This document shows positions 15,905-22,954 of a DNA stretch of 26,133 bases, one piece after another. The stretch lies in the IMG/VR virus record IMGVR_UViG_3300042344_000499, positions 1 to 26,133 of that record; one strand, written 5' to 3'. The notes under the pieces are model-generated. The model saw only the letters and a program-made list of their open reading frames with translations, was not told the origin of the DNA and did no database searches. The stretch comes from a virus. Taxonomy: Duplodnaviria > Caudoviricetes. The translations under genes and the position numbers were made by a program. Every line of letters begins with the position of its first letter. Within the stretch, counting starts at the first letter, position 1.

Positions 15905-16855
15905 ATGGCCATAAAGGTGATCCGAGGCAAGATGCGAAAGCCGGTCCGCGTCGTGATCTACGGCGTCGAGGGGATCGGCAAGACGACCCTGGCGAGCCTG
16001 TTTCCGAACCCGATCTTCCTCGACACGGAGGGCAGCACGAACCAGATGGACGTCGCTCGTTATCCGAACCCGGAAGACGAGGAAGACGGGCGGCTTCGCA
16101 AGTGGACCCACATCGAAGGGGCTCTGCTTGGACTCGCTCGCGAAAGCGATGGATTCCAGACGGTGGTGATTGACTCGGCCGACTGGGCCGAGCAGCTGGC
16201 CGCGAATCACATCCTTGGAAACAAAAGAAGCCTGGAGGACTTCGGCTTCGGCAAGGGGTACGTGATGCTCGCAGAGCAGATGGGAAAGATGCTTGGCTTG
16301 TGCGACGAACTTATCCGTCGCGGCCTGAACGTGGTCATCGTGGCCCATTCGAAGGTCGTTCGGGTGAGCCCGCCCGACCAGACCGACGGCTTCGACCGCT
16401 ACGAGCTGCGGCTTCACAAGGCGGTGGCCCCAAAGTTCAAGGAATGGTCCGACGTCTTGCTTTTTGCCAAGTACCGCACCCACATCGTCGAAGGCGACGA
16501 CGGGCGGATGAAGGCCAAGGGCGGCAAGGACCGCATCTTATGCACCCAGTGGGCCCCGGCCTCCGACGCGAAGAACCGGTTCGGCCTGGCCCCGGAGATC
16601 CCGATGACGATCGAGGCCCTGGCCCCGATCTTCTCGGCCGCCCCGGCCCCGGCAAAAGCCGCGGAGCCCAGCCTGTTCGAGCGGCTGGCCGCCCGGATCG
16701 CCGCCTGCAAGATCGTCGAGGCTCTGGGGAAGGCCGGCGACTACGTCGAGCAGATGGGCAGCGAGGGCCAGCTGACCGCCGACGAGGTCAAGCAGCTCGA
16801 GGCCCTGATCGGCCAGCGGCACGACGAGATCCAGCCGGAGGTGGCCAATGCCTGA
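15905..16855 (+). CDS. AAA_24 / Sak4-like phage recombination ATPase
   Basis: Walker A GVEGIGKT, FLDTEG, Walker B VVIDSAD, GFGKGY, AHS, EWSDVLLF and AKNRF motifs. Confidence 0.9.
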   Translation: MAIKVIRGKMRKPVRVVIYGVEGIGKTTLASLFPNPIFLDTEGSTNQMDVARYPNPEDEEDGRLRKWTHIEGALLGLARESDGFQTVVIDSADWAEQLAANHILGNKRSLEDFGFGKGYVMLAEQMGKMLGLCDELIRRGLNVVIVAHSKVVRVSPPDQTDGFDRYELRLHKAVAPKFKEWSDVLLFAKYRTHIVEGDDGRMKAKGGKDRILCTQWAPASDAKNRFGLAPEIPMTIEALAPIFSAAPAPAKAAEPSLFERLAARIAACKIVEALGKAGDYVEQMGSEGQLTADEVKQLEALIGQRHDEIQPEVANA

Positions 16856-17123
16856 GTGGCACGCGACCTGGACGCGGATGCGGGGCGACTGGCCCGCGGC
16901 CGGGATCACTCGCCGGCAGCTCGAGCAGCTGCTCCTCGATGAGCGGATCGCCATGGGGATCTGGGAGCTGAAGCGGGTCCTCGAGGCCGCGGGCCTGTGG
17001 CCACCGCCGAAGGCCTACGGCCACTTTTCGTATCAGCCGGAACACGTTGAGGCGGTCCGAGCGTATGCGGACCGCGAGGGTTTGGTCTTGCGAGTCAGGG
17101 AGGAGTCGGCCCATGCGGTTTGA
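16848..17123 (+). CDS. Hypothetical protein, possibly MerR-like DNA-binding
   Basis: GGAGG RBS, overlap coupling; GHFSYQPEHVEAVRAY resembles a MerR wing. Confidence 0.55.
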   Translation: MPEWHATWTRMRGDWPAAGITRRQLEQLLLDERIAMGIWELKRVLEAAGLWPPPKAYGHFSYQPEHVEAVRAYADREGLVLRVREESAHAV

Positions 17124-17574
17124 ACAGTTCGACCAGGACTACGAGGCGGCGGAGCAGCTGCTGCCGGACGGGGATCACGAGTGTGAGATCGTCAAGGTGA
17201 AGGAGTGGTTCGCCAAGGACCAGAGCCGGACGGCGCTGATCGTCACGCTTCAGCCGGTCGAGGGCGACTACTCGCCGATCGAGAAGTGGCTGGACCCGTC
17301 ACAGAAGCGGGACCACCGGGCCGCCATGCAACTCCTGGACGCAGTGGGGATTCCCCGCGACCAGGACCTGGGCGAGAACGCGGTCGGCCGGCTGGTGATC
17401 GTGACCACGAAGCGCGGCACGAAGAAGACCACCGGCGAGCCGACGGTCTACGTCAACGGGTTCGCCGCGTCGGCGAGCCAGCCGGCGGAGGCTGCGAAGC
17501 CCGCGGCCCGGACCCCGAAGCAGAAGGTCGAGGCCGCCGGCCAGGGAGGGACGAATGACGACATCCCGTTCTGA
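17113..17574 (+). CDS. DUF669-like single-stranded DNA-binding protein
   Basis: LLPDGDHECEIVKV start, acidic DDIPF C-terminal tip, AGGAG RBS; located downstream of the Sak4-like ATPase. Confidence 0.8.
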   Translation: MRFEQFDQDYEAAEQLLPDGDHECEIVKVKEWFAKDQSRTALIVTLQPVEGDYSPIEKWLDPSQKRDHRAAMQLLDAVGIPRDQDLGENAVGRLVIVTTKRGTKKTTGEPTVYVNGFAASASQPAEAAKPAARTPKQKVEAAGQGGTNDDIPF

Positions 17575-17926
17575 GTTTACGGCGGGCCAGTTCGTGTGGG
17601 AGGCCTTCGCCTACATCAACAGTCAGGATCAGCCGGCCTGGAGGATCCGCAGGGCGCAGGTGGTCTCGGCGGGCGGCGAGGGCCGCGGCACGCTGCTCCG
17701 GTATGACGACGGCCGGGCTGACATCTTCTGGCCGACGAAGTCGCTGCAGGCCTTCACGCATCACGTCGAGGCCGTGGCGCACTGCGTCGGGGTGTTTGCC
17801 GCGGTCCGCCGCGACATCGAGGAAGCCATCGACACGCTCATGGCCATGAACGACGACGAATCGGGTGGTCCCGCCCGGGCGCTTGAGACCGCCGCAGGGA
17901 CAGCGCCGCCGGAGGTCGCGACGTAA
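17555..17926 (+). CDS. Hypothetical protein
   Basis: GGAGG RBS, overlap with the SSB gene, phage-like codon usage. Confidence 0.6.
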   Translation: MTTSRSEFTAGQFVWEAFAYINSQDQPAWRIRRAQVVSAGGEGRGTLLRYDDGRADIFWPTKSLQAFTHHVEAVAHCVGVFAAVRRDIEEAIDTLMAMNDDESGGPARALETAAGTAPPEVAT

Positions 17927-18025
17927 CACCGGCCTGTCGGCGACCAGGAGCGGCTCGCCTTCCCGAACCCTGGACCGACCGTCCGCCTCACGACACGAGG
18001 CACATACACCACGGAGGGACTGACG

Positions 18026-18226
18026 ATGTTTCGATGGCTGAAAGAGCGGCGGCAGCGGGCCGACCTGGCGGAGGTGGCCCGGAGGCTCGAGGCGGAGAAC
18101 GAGCAGCTGAGGGACCGTGTCGCTCGCCTGGGCGAGATGTACGTCCGGGCCCTGGCCCTGGTTCGGGCTCTGAGGGACGTCAACGCGGATCTCGATCGGC
18201 GGCTCGTCGGGGAGGTGGAGTCATGA
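18026..18226 (+). CDS. Small coiled-coil protein
   Basis: GGAGG RBS; heptad pattern LEAENEQLRDRVARL. Confidence 0.65.
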   Translation: MFRWLKERRQRADLAEVARRLEAENEQLRDRVARLGEMYVRALALVRALRDVNADLDRRLVGEVES

Positions 18227-18591
18227 GCGACTACTACCCCGAGCGGGCCGACTTCGGCCCCCTGTTCAGCCAGGCCGCCACGCCCCGCCAGGCCGGGCTC
18301 GCGGCCGGGGCCGCCTGCCTGGAGAAGGCCGAGCGGCGCGGCTTCGACGCGGACGCCGCCCGGGCCGCGGTGCTCGAGCTGCTGGCGGACGGCCGGCCCC
18401 GCTCCGGCGAGGAGATCGTCGACCACTGCCAGCGGCTGGGCCTGGTCCCGCACGACGCCCGGGCCTTCGGGGCCGTGATCGGGACGCTGGCCCGCCGGGG
18501 GCTGATCGAGGCGGTCGGGTTTGCGGCCAGGCGGAAGGGCCACGGGACGGCCGGGGCGAGAGTGTGGAGAAAAACGTCGGCGTCACTGTGA
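18223..18591 (+). CDS. Winged-helix protein
   Basis: ATGA coupling; AVLELLADGRPRSGEEIV...RAFGAVIGTLARRGLIEAVG...RVW. Confidence 0.7.
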   Translation: MSDYYPERADFGPLFSQAATPRQAGLAAGAACLEKAERRGFDADAARAAVLELLADGRPRSGEEIVDHCQRLGLVPHDARAFGAVIGTLARRGLIEAVGFAARRKGHGTAGARVWRKTSASL

Positions 18592-18636
18592 CGCGCGGAC
18601 GCGGATCGGTGGAAGGACGCGAAAGCAAAGGAGACA

Positions 18637-19044
18637 GTGATGCTTAGTGGGATTGTTTTCGGACGGCGTGTTCCTGGCGGAAACGGTGGTTCAACTGCGA
18701 ACAGCGACCTCCTGGTCTCGCGAATCTCGGAGAACAGGGGTCGCGAGTCGATGACGGTCAGGATTCACGGCGACGTGATGCGGCGTCTGAGGTGGATCGT
18801 GGGCGATTACATCGTGTTGAAGCCGGGAGATGACGGCGAGAAGTGGGTGCTCGAGCGAGTCGGCGGCCCCAAGCAACAGGGATTGAAGATCACGAGCGCG
18901 AGCGGAAAGTCGTCGCAGCACGGCAGGGTCAGCTTTACCGTTGATAGCGATGTCTTGGATCAAGTGTTTGAGGAGAAATCGACATCGTTTACCGCCACGC
19001 TGTGCGACAGCAGTGGCAACGAGGCCGTGTTTCTCCGCGATTGA
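18637..19044 (+). CDS. Hypothetical protein (AbrB-like beta pattern; less GC3-biased, moron-like)
   Basis: AAAGGAG RBS, GTG 18637 or ATG 18640; VRIHGDVMRRLRWIVGDYIVL resembles a swapped-hairpin motif. Confidence 0.65.
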   Translation: MMLSGIVFGRRVPGGNGGSTANSDLLVSRISENRGRESMTVRIHGDVMRRLRWIVGDYIVLKPGDDGEKWVLERVGGPKQQGLKITSASGKSSQHGRVSFTVDSDVLDQVFEEKSTSFTATLCDSSGNEAVFLRD

Positions 19045-19132
19045 TCGACGCCGCCCTCGTGATAGGCACGCGCCGCCAGGGAGGCGGTCGGTCGCTTCGA
19101 CGCGGCGGGGCGGAATAGAAAGGAAACCAACC

Positions 19133-19294
19133 ATGACCAGTAACACCCCCAACCCCCGCCGCCGGATCGCGGACCTCCTGGCCGCGTTCCGGCGTGTGAC
19201 CCCGGAGCAGCGGGCGGCATACATGACGAAGGCCCTGCGGCTGGCGATCCTGTCGAGGCCGCCACGGTGGAAGGGAGGCCAGGATGGCCGGTGA
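19133..19294 (+). CDS. Small basic hypothetical protein (53 aa)
   Basis: GAAAGGA RBS; overlaps the initiator start. Confidence 0.55.
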   Translation: MTSNTPNPRRRIADLLAAFRRVTPEQRAAYMTKALRLAILSRPPRWKGGQDGR

Positions 19295-20219
19295 ATGGAT
19301 CCCCTACGACGTCTGCCTGCCCCAGAAGCCGGAGGTGCTCGAGCTGGTCGACCGGACGGGGCTGGGCCCCGACCAGGTCGTCGGCCGGCTCCTGATGCTC
19401 TGGGGGTGGGCGGCCCTGAACAGCTCCGACGGGACGGCCCGGATGTCGATCCGGCTCCTGGGGAGGATCTGCGGGGGCGACGAGGACTTCTGGCGGGAGG
19501 TCGAGGCCGTGGGCTGGCTCGTGATCGACGCGGCCAACGGAACTGTGGCGATCCCCGGATGGGAGCGTCGGTTCTCGAAAGCCGCAAAATCACGGGCTTT
19601 ACACGCGATTCGGGCCGAGGACGCGAAGACGCGCACCGGCGGGTGCGCTCCAGCGCACCCACGGGTGCGCAAACGCGCACTAGAGAGAAGAGATAGAGGA
19701 GAGAGAAATTCTTCTTCTTCCCCCGGTGTCGCTGCGCTCGCGGAGCCGGAGCCGGCGGGCCCGGCTGGCTGGGACACCCTGCGGAAGGCCTGGGCGGCCG
19801 GGACGGGGAGGCCCTGGAAGCTCCCGGATCCGCCGGACAAGGTGGCGGACCGGCTCGCGGAGGAGGGCTGGTTCCAGAAGGCCCTGGCGGCGATCGAGGC
19901 CCTGCCGCGGTGCCGCTACTTCCGGGATCCGGTCACCCTGCCGCAGCTCGTGGCCCCCGGGTTCGTGGACAAGGTCCTGGGGGGCCAGTTCGACAACCCC
20001 CGGGAGCAGCGCGGCCCTCGCGGCCCGGACGACCGCCGGCCGGCGGCGGAGGCCGCGTCGGAGTGGGCCCGCGGGGCGTCGGAGCAGGCTGCCCGCCGCC
20101 AGGCCTACCTCGAGGCGAAGGCGGCCAAGGGACGCACGGCGGAGCCGGGGGACGCTGACGAAGACCTGGAGCGGACGAAGGCCGACATGATCCGCAAGCT
20201 GCGAGAGGGGGCCGCGTGA
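19284..20219 (+). CDS. Phage replication initiator / replisome organiser
   Basis: MAGEWI...KPEV...VVGRLLMLWGWA...VGWL...IPGWER N-terminal domain, an iteron-bearing linker, and a C-terminal helical domain ending KVLGGQFDN. Confidence 0.78.
   Translation: MAGEWIPYDVCLPQKPEVLELVDRTGLGPDQVVGRLLMLWGWAALNSSDGTARMSIRLLGRICGGDEDFWREVEAVGWLVIDAANGTVAIPGWERRFSKAAKSRALHAIRAEDAKTRTGGCAPAHPRVRKRALERRDRGERNSSSSPGVAALAEPEPAGPAGWDTLRKAWAAGTGRPWKLPDPPDKVADRLAEEGWFQKALAAIEALPRCRYFRDPVTLPQLVAPGFVDKVLGGQFDNPREQRGPRGPDDRRPAAEAASEWARGASEQAARRQAYLEAKAAKGRTAEPGDADEDLERTKADMIRKLREGAA
19631..19720. repeat. Putative replication origin: 18-bp palindromic iterons at 22-bp period followed by a purine-rich tract
   Basis: GCGCACC-GGCG-GGTGCGC (19631-19648), GCGCACCC-AC-GGGTGCGC (19653-19670), half-site GCGCAC (19675-19680), then TAGAGAGAAGAGATAGAGGAGAGAGAAATTCTTCTTCTTC. 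Confidence 0.7.
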
Positions 20220-20220
20220 C

Positions 20221-20324
20221 TTTCCCGAGCGGGATAGAACGGCGAGGAATCGACGCAAACCGACGAGGATTGTCCCGAGCGGGACAGTGACCACAGGAGG
20301 CAGCATGTTTTCCGGTTCCGGAAA
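20221..20324. repeat. Three 16-bp palindromes (7-2-7), operator-like
   Basis: TTTCCCG-AG-CGGGATA (20221-20236), TGTCCCG-AG-CGGGACA (20271-20286), TTTCCGG-TT-CCGGAAA (20309-20324). Confidence 0.65.
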
Positions 20325-20401
20325 CCGGGCATTACTGGAAAACGTAATTTCGACCGATGGTCGCCCAAAACCATAAAAATAGGCGCCGATAATCACTTTG
20401 C

Positions 20402-20421
20402 ACAGAACACCAAGGATCAGG
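20402..20421 (-). other. attC-like half site (L'-6 nt-R')
   Basis: Minus strand CCTGATC-CTTGGT-GTTCTGT has the same geometry as the complete site at 21026-21113. No partner arm was found. Confidence 0.5.
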
Positions 20422-20432
20422 AGCGGCGAGAC

Positions 20433-20699
20433 ATGAACACTGACAACACGCAGCCGGTGGCGTGGATGGTGGAGTGGACTGACCACGCGGACTTTTTCCT
20501 GCACAAGCCTGACGCAGAGATGGTTGCTGCGGGCGACATGGCAGTGCAGTCGCTCTACCGCGCGCCGCAGCCCACGCTCACCGACGCGGAGCGGACGTTC
20601 CTGCGGATGGTGCGAGACACCTATGCGATGCAGGACGACGACGAGGTTTGCGGCATGATTGCGGCTTCGATAACCGGGCTTTTGGAGCGGACGAAGTGA
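20433..20699 (+). CDS. Small variable protein, LTDAER...GLLER family, copy 1
   Basis: AGGAG RBS overlaps the attC half site; QPVAW, PTLTDAER and GLLERTK motifs. Confidence 0.7.
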   Translation: MNTDNTQPVAWMVEWTDHADFFLHKPDAEMVAAGDMAVQSLYRAPQPTLTDAERTFLRMVRDTYAMQDDDEVCGMIAASITGLLERTK

Positions 20700-20704
20700 A
20701 ATCA

Positions 20705-20772
20705 GTCGGCCCTGCTCCCGTCGAACGCCCTAGCGCCGCTGGGGTCACTGACGTAGGCGGGGCGGGGCCGAC
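20705..20772 (+). other. Structured intergenic element (14-bp closing stem with nested hairpins)
   Basis: GTCGGCCCTGCTCC pairs with GGGGCGGGGCCGAC (2 G-U); inner CGTC/GACG and CCCTAGC/GCTGGGG stems. Confidence 0.5.
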
Positions 20773-20779
20773 CTAAACC

Positions 20780-21028
20780 ATGTCTTACGTGATACGAAAA
20801 ATGCCCAACGAAATGCCGTGGTATGCGTGGTTTTCTCTGGCCGTACTCATCCCGGCGTCGTTCTTTGGGTCGGCGTGGCTGATGCACTGGGCGACCGGAG
20901 CCGACCCGCTGGTTGAGGAGATATGGCGACTGCGTGGGCAGAACTCGGTACTGCGGGAAAGGCTGGAGCAACTGGAGGGCGAGAGGCGACGGGATGCCGA
21001 CACGCTGCGCAAGGTGATCGGGAAGTGA
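20780..21028 (+). CDS. Small membrane-anchored coiled-coil protein
   Basis: TM segment WYAWFSLAVLIPASFFGSAWL followed by heptads; stop codon lies inside the attC R' box. Confidence 0.65.
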   Translation: MSYVIRKMPNEMPWYAWFSLAVLIPASFFGSAWLMHWATGADPLVEEIWRLRGQNSVLRERLEQLEGERRRDADTLRKVIGK

Positions 21029-21113
21029 GAACGCCAGCGATCAGCGGCCCGCGACCGCTGACTTACCATACCGGCAGACGGCATCGCGGGTCCGCTGCAT
21101 CGCTTGGTTCTCG
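21026..21113 (-). other. Complete integron attC-like recombination site (88 bp), top strand = minus
   Basis: Minus strand: R'' CGAGAAC, 5 nt, L'' GATGCAGC (8 nt), GGACCCGCGA...TCGCGGGCC, L' GCTGATC (7 nt), 6 nt, R' GTTCTCA. Two extrahelical bases on the + (bottom) strand, C21098 and T21091. Confidence 0.78.
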
Positions 21114-21114
21114 C

Positions 21115-21342
21115 ATGATCAATCCGAACAAAGTCATACTGGATGGCGAGCAGTCAGACGCAATCATTGCCGCTCAGGCGGCCGAGATAAGACGGCTTAC
21201 GCTGACCGACGCGGAGCGGGAGGCGCTGTTGTTCTGCTACCGAGCCGCGTTACCGGAGGCGGAGAAGTTGGGCGGAAACGCTGGCGAACTATGCCGGATA
21301 CACCGCGACACGCTGCGTGGACTTTTGGAACGACTAGGCTGA
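21115..21342 (+). CDS. Small variable protein, LTDAER...GLLER family, copy 2 (cassette cargo)
   Basis: ATG 21115 lies right after the attC; an in-frame GTG at 21025 would instead read through the attC. RLTLTDAEREA and TLRGLLERLG motifs; stop lies inside the next TGAGAAC box. Confidence 0.68.
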   Translation: MINPNKVILDGEQSDAIIAAQAAEIRRLTLTDAEREALLFCYRAALPEAEKLGGNAGELCRIHRDTLRGLLERLG

Positions 21343-21359
21343 GAACCATGCAATTGAGC
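21340..21359 (-). other. attC-like half site (L'-6 nt-R') bounding the cassette
   Basis: Minus strand GCTCAAT-TGCATG-GTTCTCA; R' heptamer identical to 21026-21032. Partner arm degenerate or absent. Confidence 0.5.
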
Positions 21360-21456
21360 CGCACTCAGTGCGGCCTAACACCGTTAGACGCCGGATTATC
21401 CGGCGGCTGGCTCCTCGCTGGACTCGCGCCGCGGATCGCCTACCGTGGCGGGCCGC

Positions 21457-21900
21457 ATGGATGCGACCTCGATCACGTTCGAGATCCCGGGCCAGCCGTT
21501 CCCGCAGCCGCGGGCGCGGATGGCCAGGAACGGCCACGTCTACACGCCGGATAACGGGATCGCTGGCTACAAGGCCGCGGCGGTCCTGGCGGCGCGGATC
21601 GCGTCGGCCGGCCGGTCCCCGTCGGCAGACGCCCACGCGATCTACCTCGAGTTCGTGATCGAGCGACCGCCGTCCCATCGGCGGAAGGACGGGACGCTGA
21701 CGCCGAAGGCCCCGGTCTGGCCGCCGAAGCGGGCCGGGGACTGGGACAACCTGTGCAAAGGGGTCTGTGACGCGATCACGGATTCGGGGTCCGTGTGGCT
21801 CGACGACGACCAGGTCGTCGAGTGGGGCGGCCGGAAGCGGTACGCGGCCGACGGGGAGAAGCCGCGGACGATCGTCACGATTCGGAGGCTCGCGCCATGA
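21457..21900 (+). CDS. rusA: RusA-family Holliday junction resolvase
   Basis: IPGQPFPQPRAR, GDWDNLCKGVCDAI, WLDDDQVV and PRTIVTI motifs. Confidence 0.9.
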   Translation: MDATSITFEIPGQPFPQPRARMARNGHVYTPDNGIAGYKAAAVLAARIASAGRSPSADAHAIYLEFVIERPPSHRRKDGTLTPKAPVWPPKRAGDWDNLCKGVCDAITDSGSVWLDDDQVVEWGGRKRYAADGEKPRTIVTIRRLAP

Positions 21901-22229
21901 AGCGCAAAGCCATCCGCTTGCCAGACGGCAAGTTTCAAGGCAGAGAGCGGCAGCTGCTCACGGCCTGGCAGCTGGCCGAGGCCCGAAGGACGTGGCTGGC
22001 CGGCGAGTCGATCGGCGAGATTGCCAGGTGCATCGGCGTCACTGTGTCGGTCTTCAACCGCCGACTCTGCGACCAGCTGGCGGACCTGCCCGCGCGGCCG
22101 CGGCGAACCAACTCAGGCCGGCGAGGAAATGACCCCACAGAAGAGGAGATTTACGGCCGACTGACGATGCTCGAACAGCAGAACTGGAGCGACGAGGAAC
22201 GAGAAAAACGCTGGAAAGGACTGAACTAG
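21897..22229 (+). CDS. HTH protein, candidate late-gene regulator
   Basis: ATGA coupling; ARRTWLAGESIGEIARCIGVT HTH; last early gene before the late cluster. Confidence 0.68.
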   Translation: MKRKAIRLPDGKFQGRERQLLTAWQLAEARRTWLAGESIGEIARCIGVTVSVFNRRLCDQLADLPARPRRTNSGRRGNDPTEEEIYGRLTMLEQQNWSDEEREKRWKGLN

Positions 22230-22230
22230 G

Positions 22231-22260
22231 TTCAAGCCTTCGGCCGGCAACCCCTACCCT
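22231..22260 (+). promoter_or_regulatory. Candidate late promoter (leaderless start)
   Basis: TTCAAG-18 nt-TACCCT with ATG 22267 6 nt downstream and no SD. Confidence 0.4.
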
Positions 22261-22266
22261 GACACC

Positions 22267-22452
22267 ATGACCAGAATCCCCCCGCCCCGCCGCAGCCCGC
22301 CCCGGAACAACCGGATCCTGTCGCTGCTGCGGAAGCAGCTGCGGCGCGGGGACGGGGCGCCGCCGCCGCCCCCCCCGCCGCCGCCCGAGCCGGAGATCGT
22401 CTCGCTGTGGCGGATCGATGCCGTTGGCCGCGCGTACCACTGGAGCGCCTGA
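22267..22452 (+). CDS. Pro/Arg-rich 61-aa protein with a nine-proline run
   Basis: Fills the gap exactly; stop is 1 nt before the next ATG. Confidence 0.5.
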   Translation: MTRIPPPRRSPPRNNRILSLLRKQLRRGDGAPPPPPPPPPEPEIVSLWRIDAVGRAYHWSA

Positions 22453-22453
22453 C

Positions 22454-22771
22454 ATGGCTGTCGTCGACCAGCGTCCCGGTTACCTGGCCCACGCCTTCCG
22501 GCGTGGCGACACGTTCACCGCAACCGTGGATTTCAACTTCAACGTCACTGGCTACACCTGGGAGGCGGCGATTCGGTCGACCGTCACGGGAAGCCCGCTC
22601 GAGACGTTCACGGTAACGGTCACCAACGCCGCCGGCGGTGTGCTGCAGCTGTCCCTGTCAGCCGCCGAGACTGGGGAGATCCCGGCCGGGGTGTGGGGCT
22701 GGACGCTCGTGGGCACGAACGCCGGGACCGTGCGGACGTATCTCTCCGGATTTGTGGAGGTCAGCGAATGA
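22454..22771 (+). CDS. Ig-like virion adaptor (BppU N-terminal-like)
   Basis: RRGDTF, VTNAAGGVLQLSLSAAET and YLSGFVEV pattern. Confidence 0.65.
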   Translation: MAVVDQRPGYLAHAFRRGDTFTATVDFNFNVTGYTWEAAIRSTVTGSPLETFTVTVTNAAGGVLQLSLSAAETGEIPAGVWGWTLVGTNAGTVRTYLSGFVEVSE

Positions 22772-22953
22772 GCATTGAAATCAACGTCACTGGGGCCAGC
22801 GTCACCGCCACGGTTTCCGGGGGCGGCGGAGTGCCGTCCAGCCCCGAGGGAATCTCGGGGGCGGCGGCCGTGACGAACATCGTCTCGATCAGCCAAGAGG
22901 ACTACGACGCCCTGGCCGTGAAAGACGCCACCACCGTCTACATCATCACCTGA
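22768..22953 (+). CDS. Short fibre-linker protein
   Basis: C-terminal SQEDYDALAVKDATTVYII resembles phage fibre junction motifs; GGAGG RBS and ATGA coupling. Confidence 0.65.
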   Translation: MSIEINVTGASVTATVSGGGGVPSSPEGISGAAAVTNIVSISQEDYDALAVKDATTVYIIT

Positions 22954-22954
22954 A

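Noticed and set aside
17927-18025. Riboswitch (ZTP/pfl-like CGACCGTCCGCCT) in the intergenic leader
   Set aside because: The required downstream GGGC and upstream GACTGGCG elements are missing. Only small hairpins (GGCGA/TCGCC, GCCTC/GAGGC) are evident; a cmscan would be needed.
20221-20324. CRISPR mini-array
   Set aside because: The repeats are only 12-16 bp with unequal spacing, and no cas genes are present.
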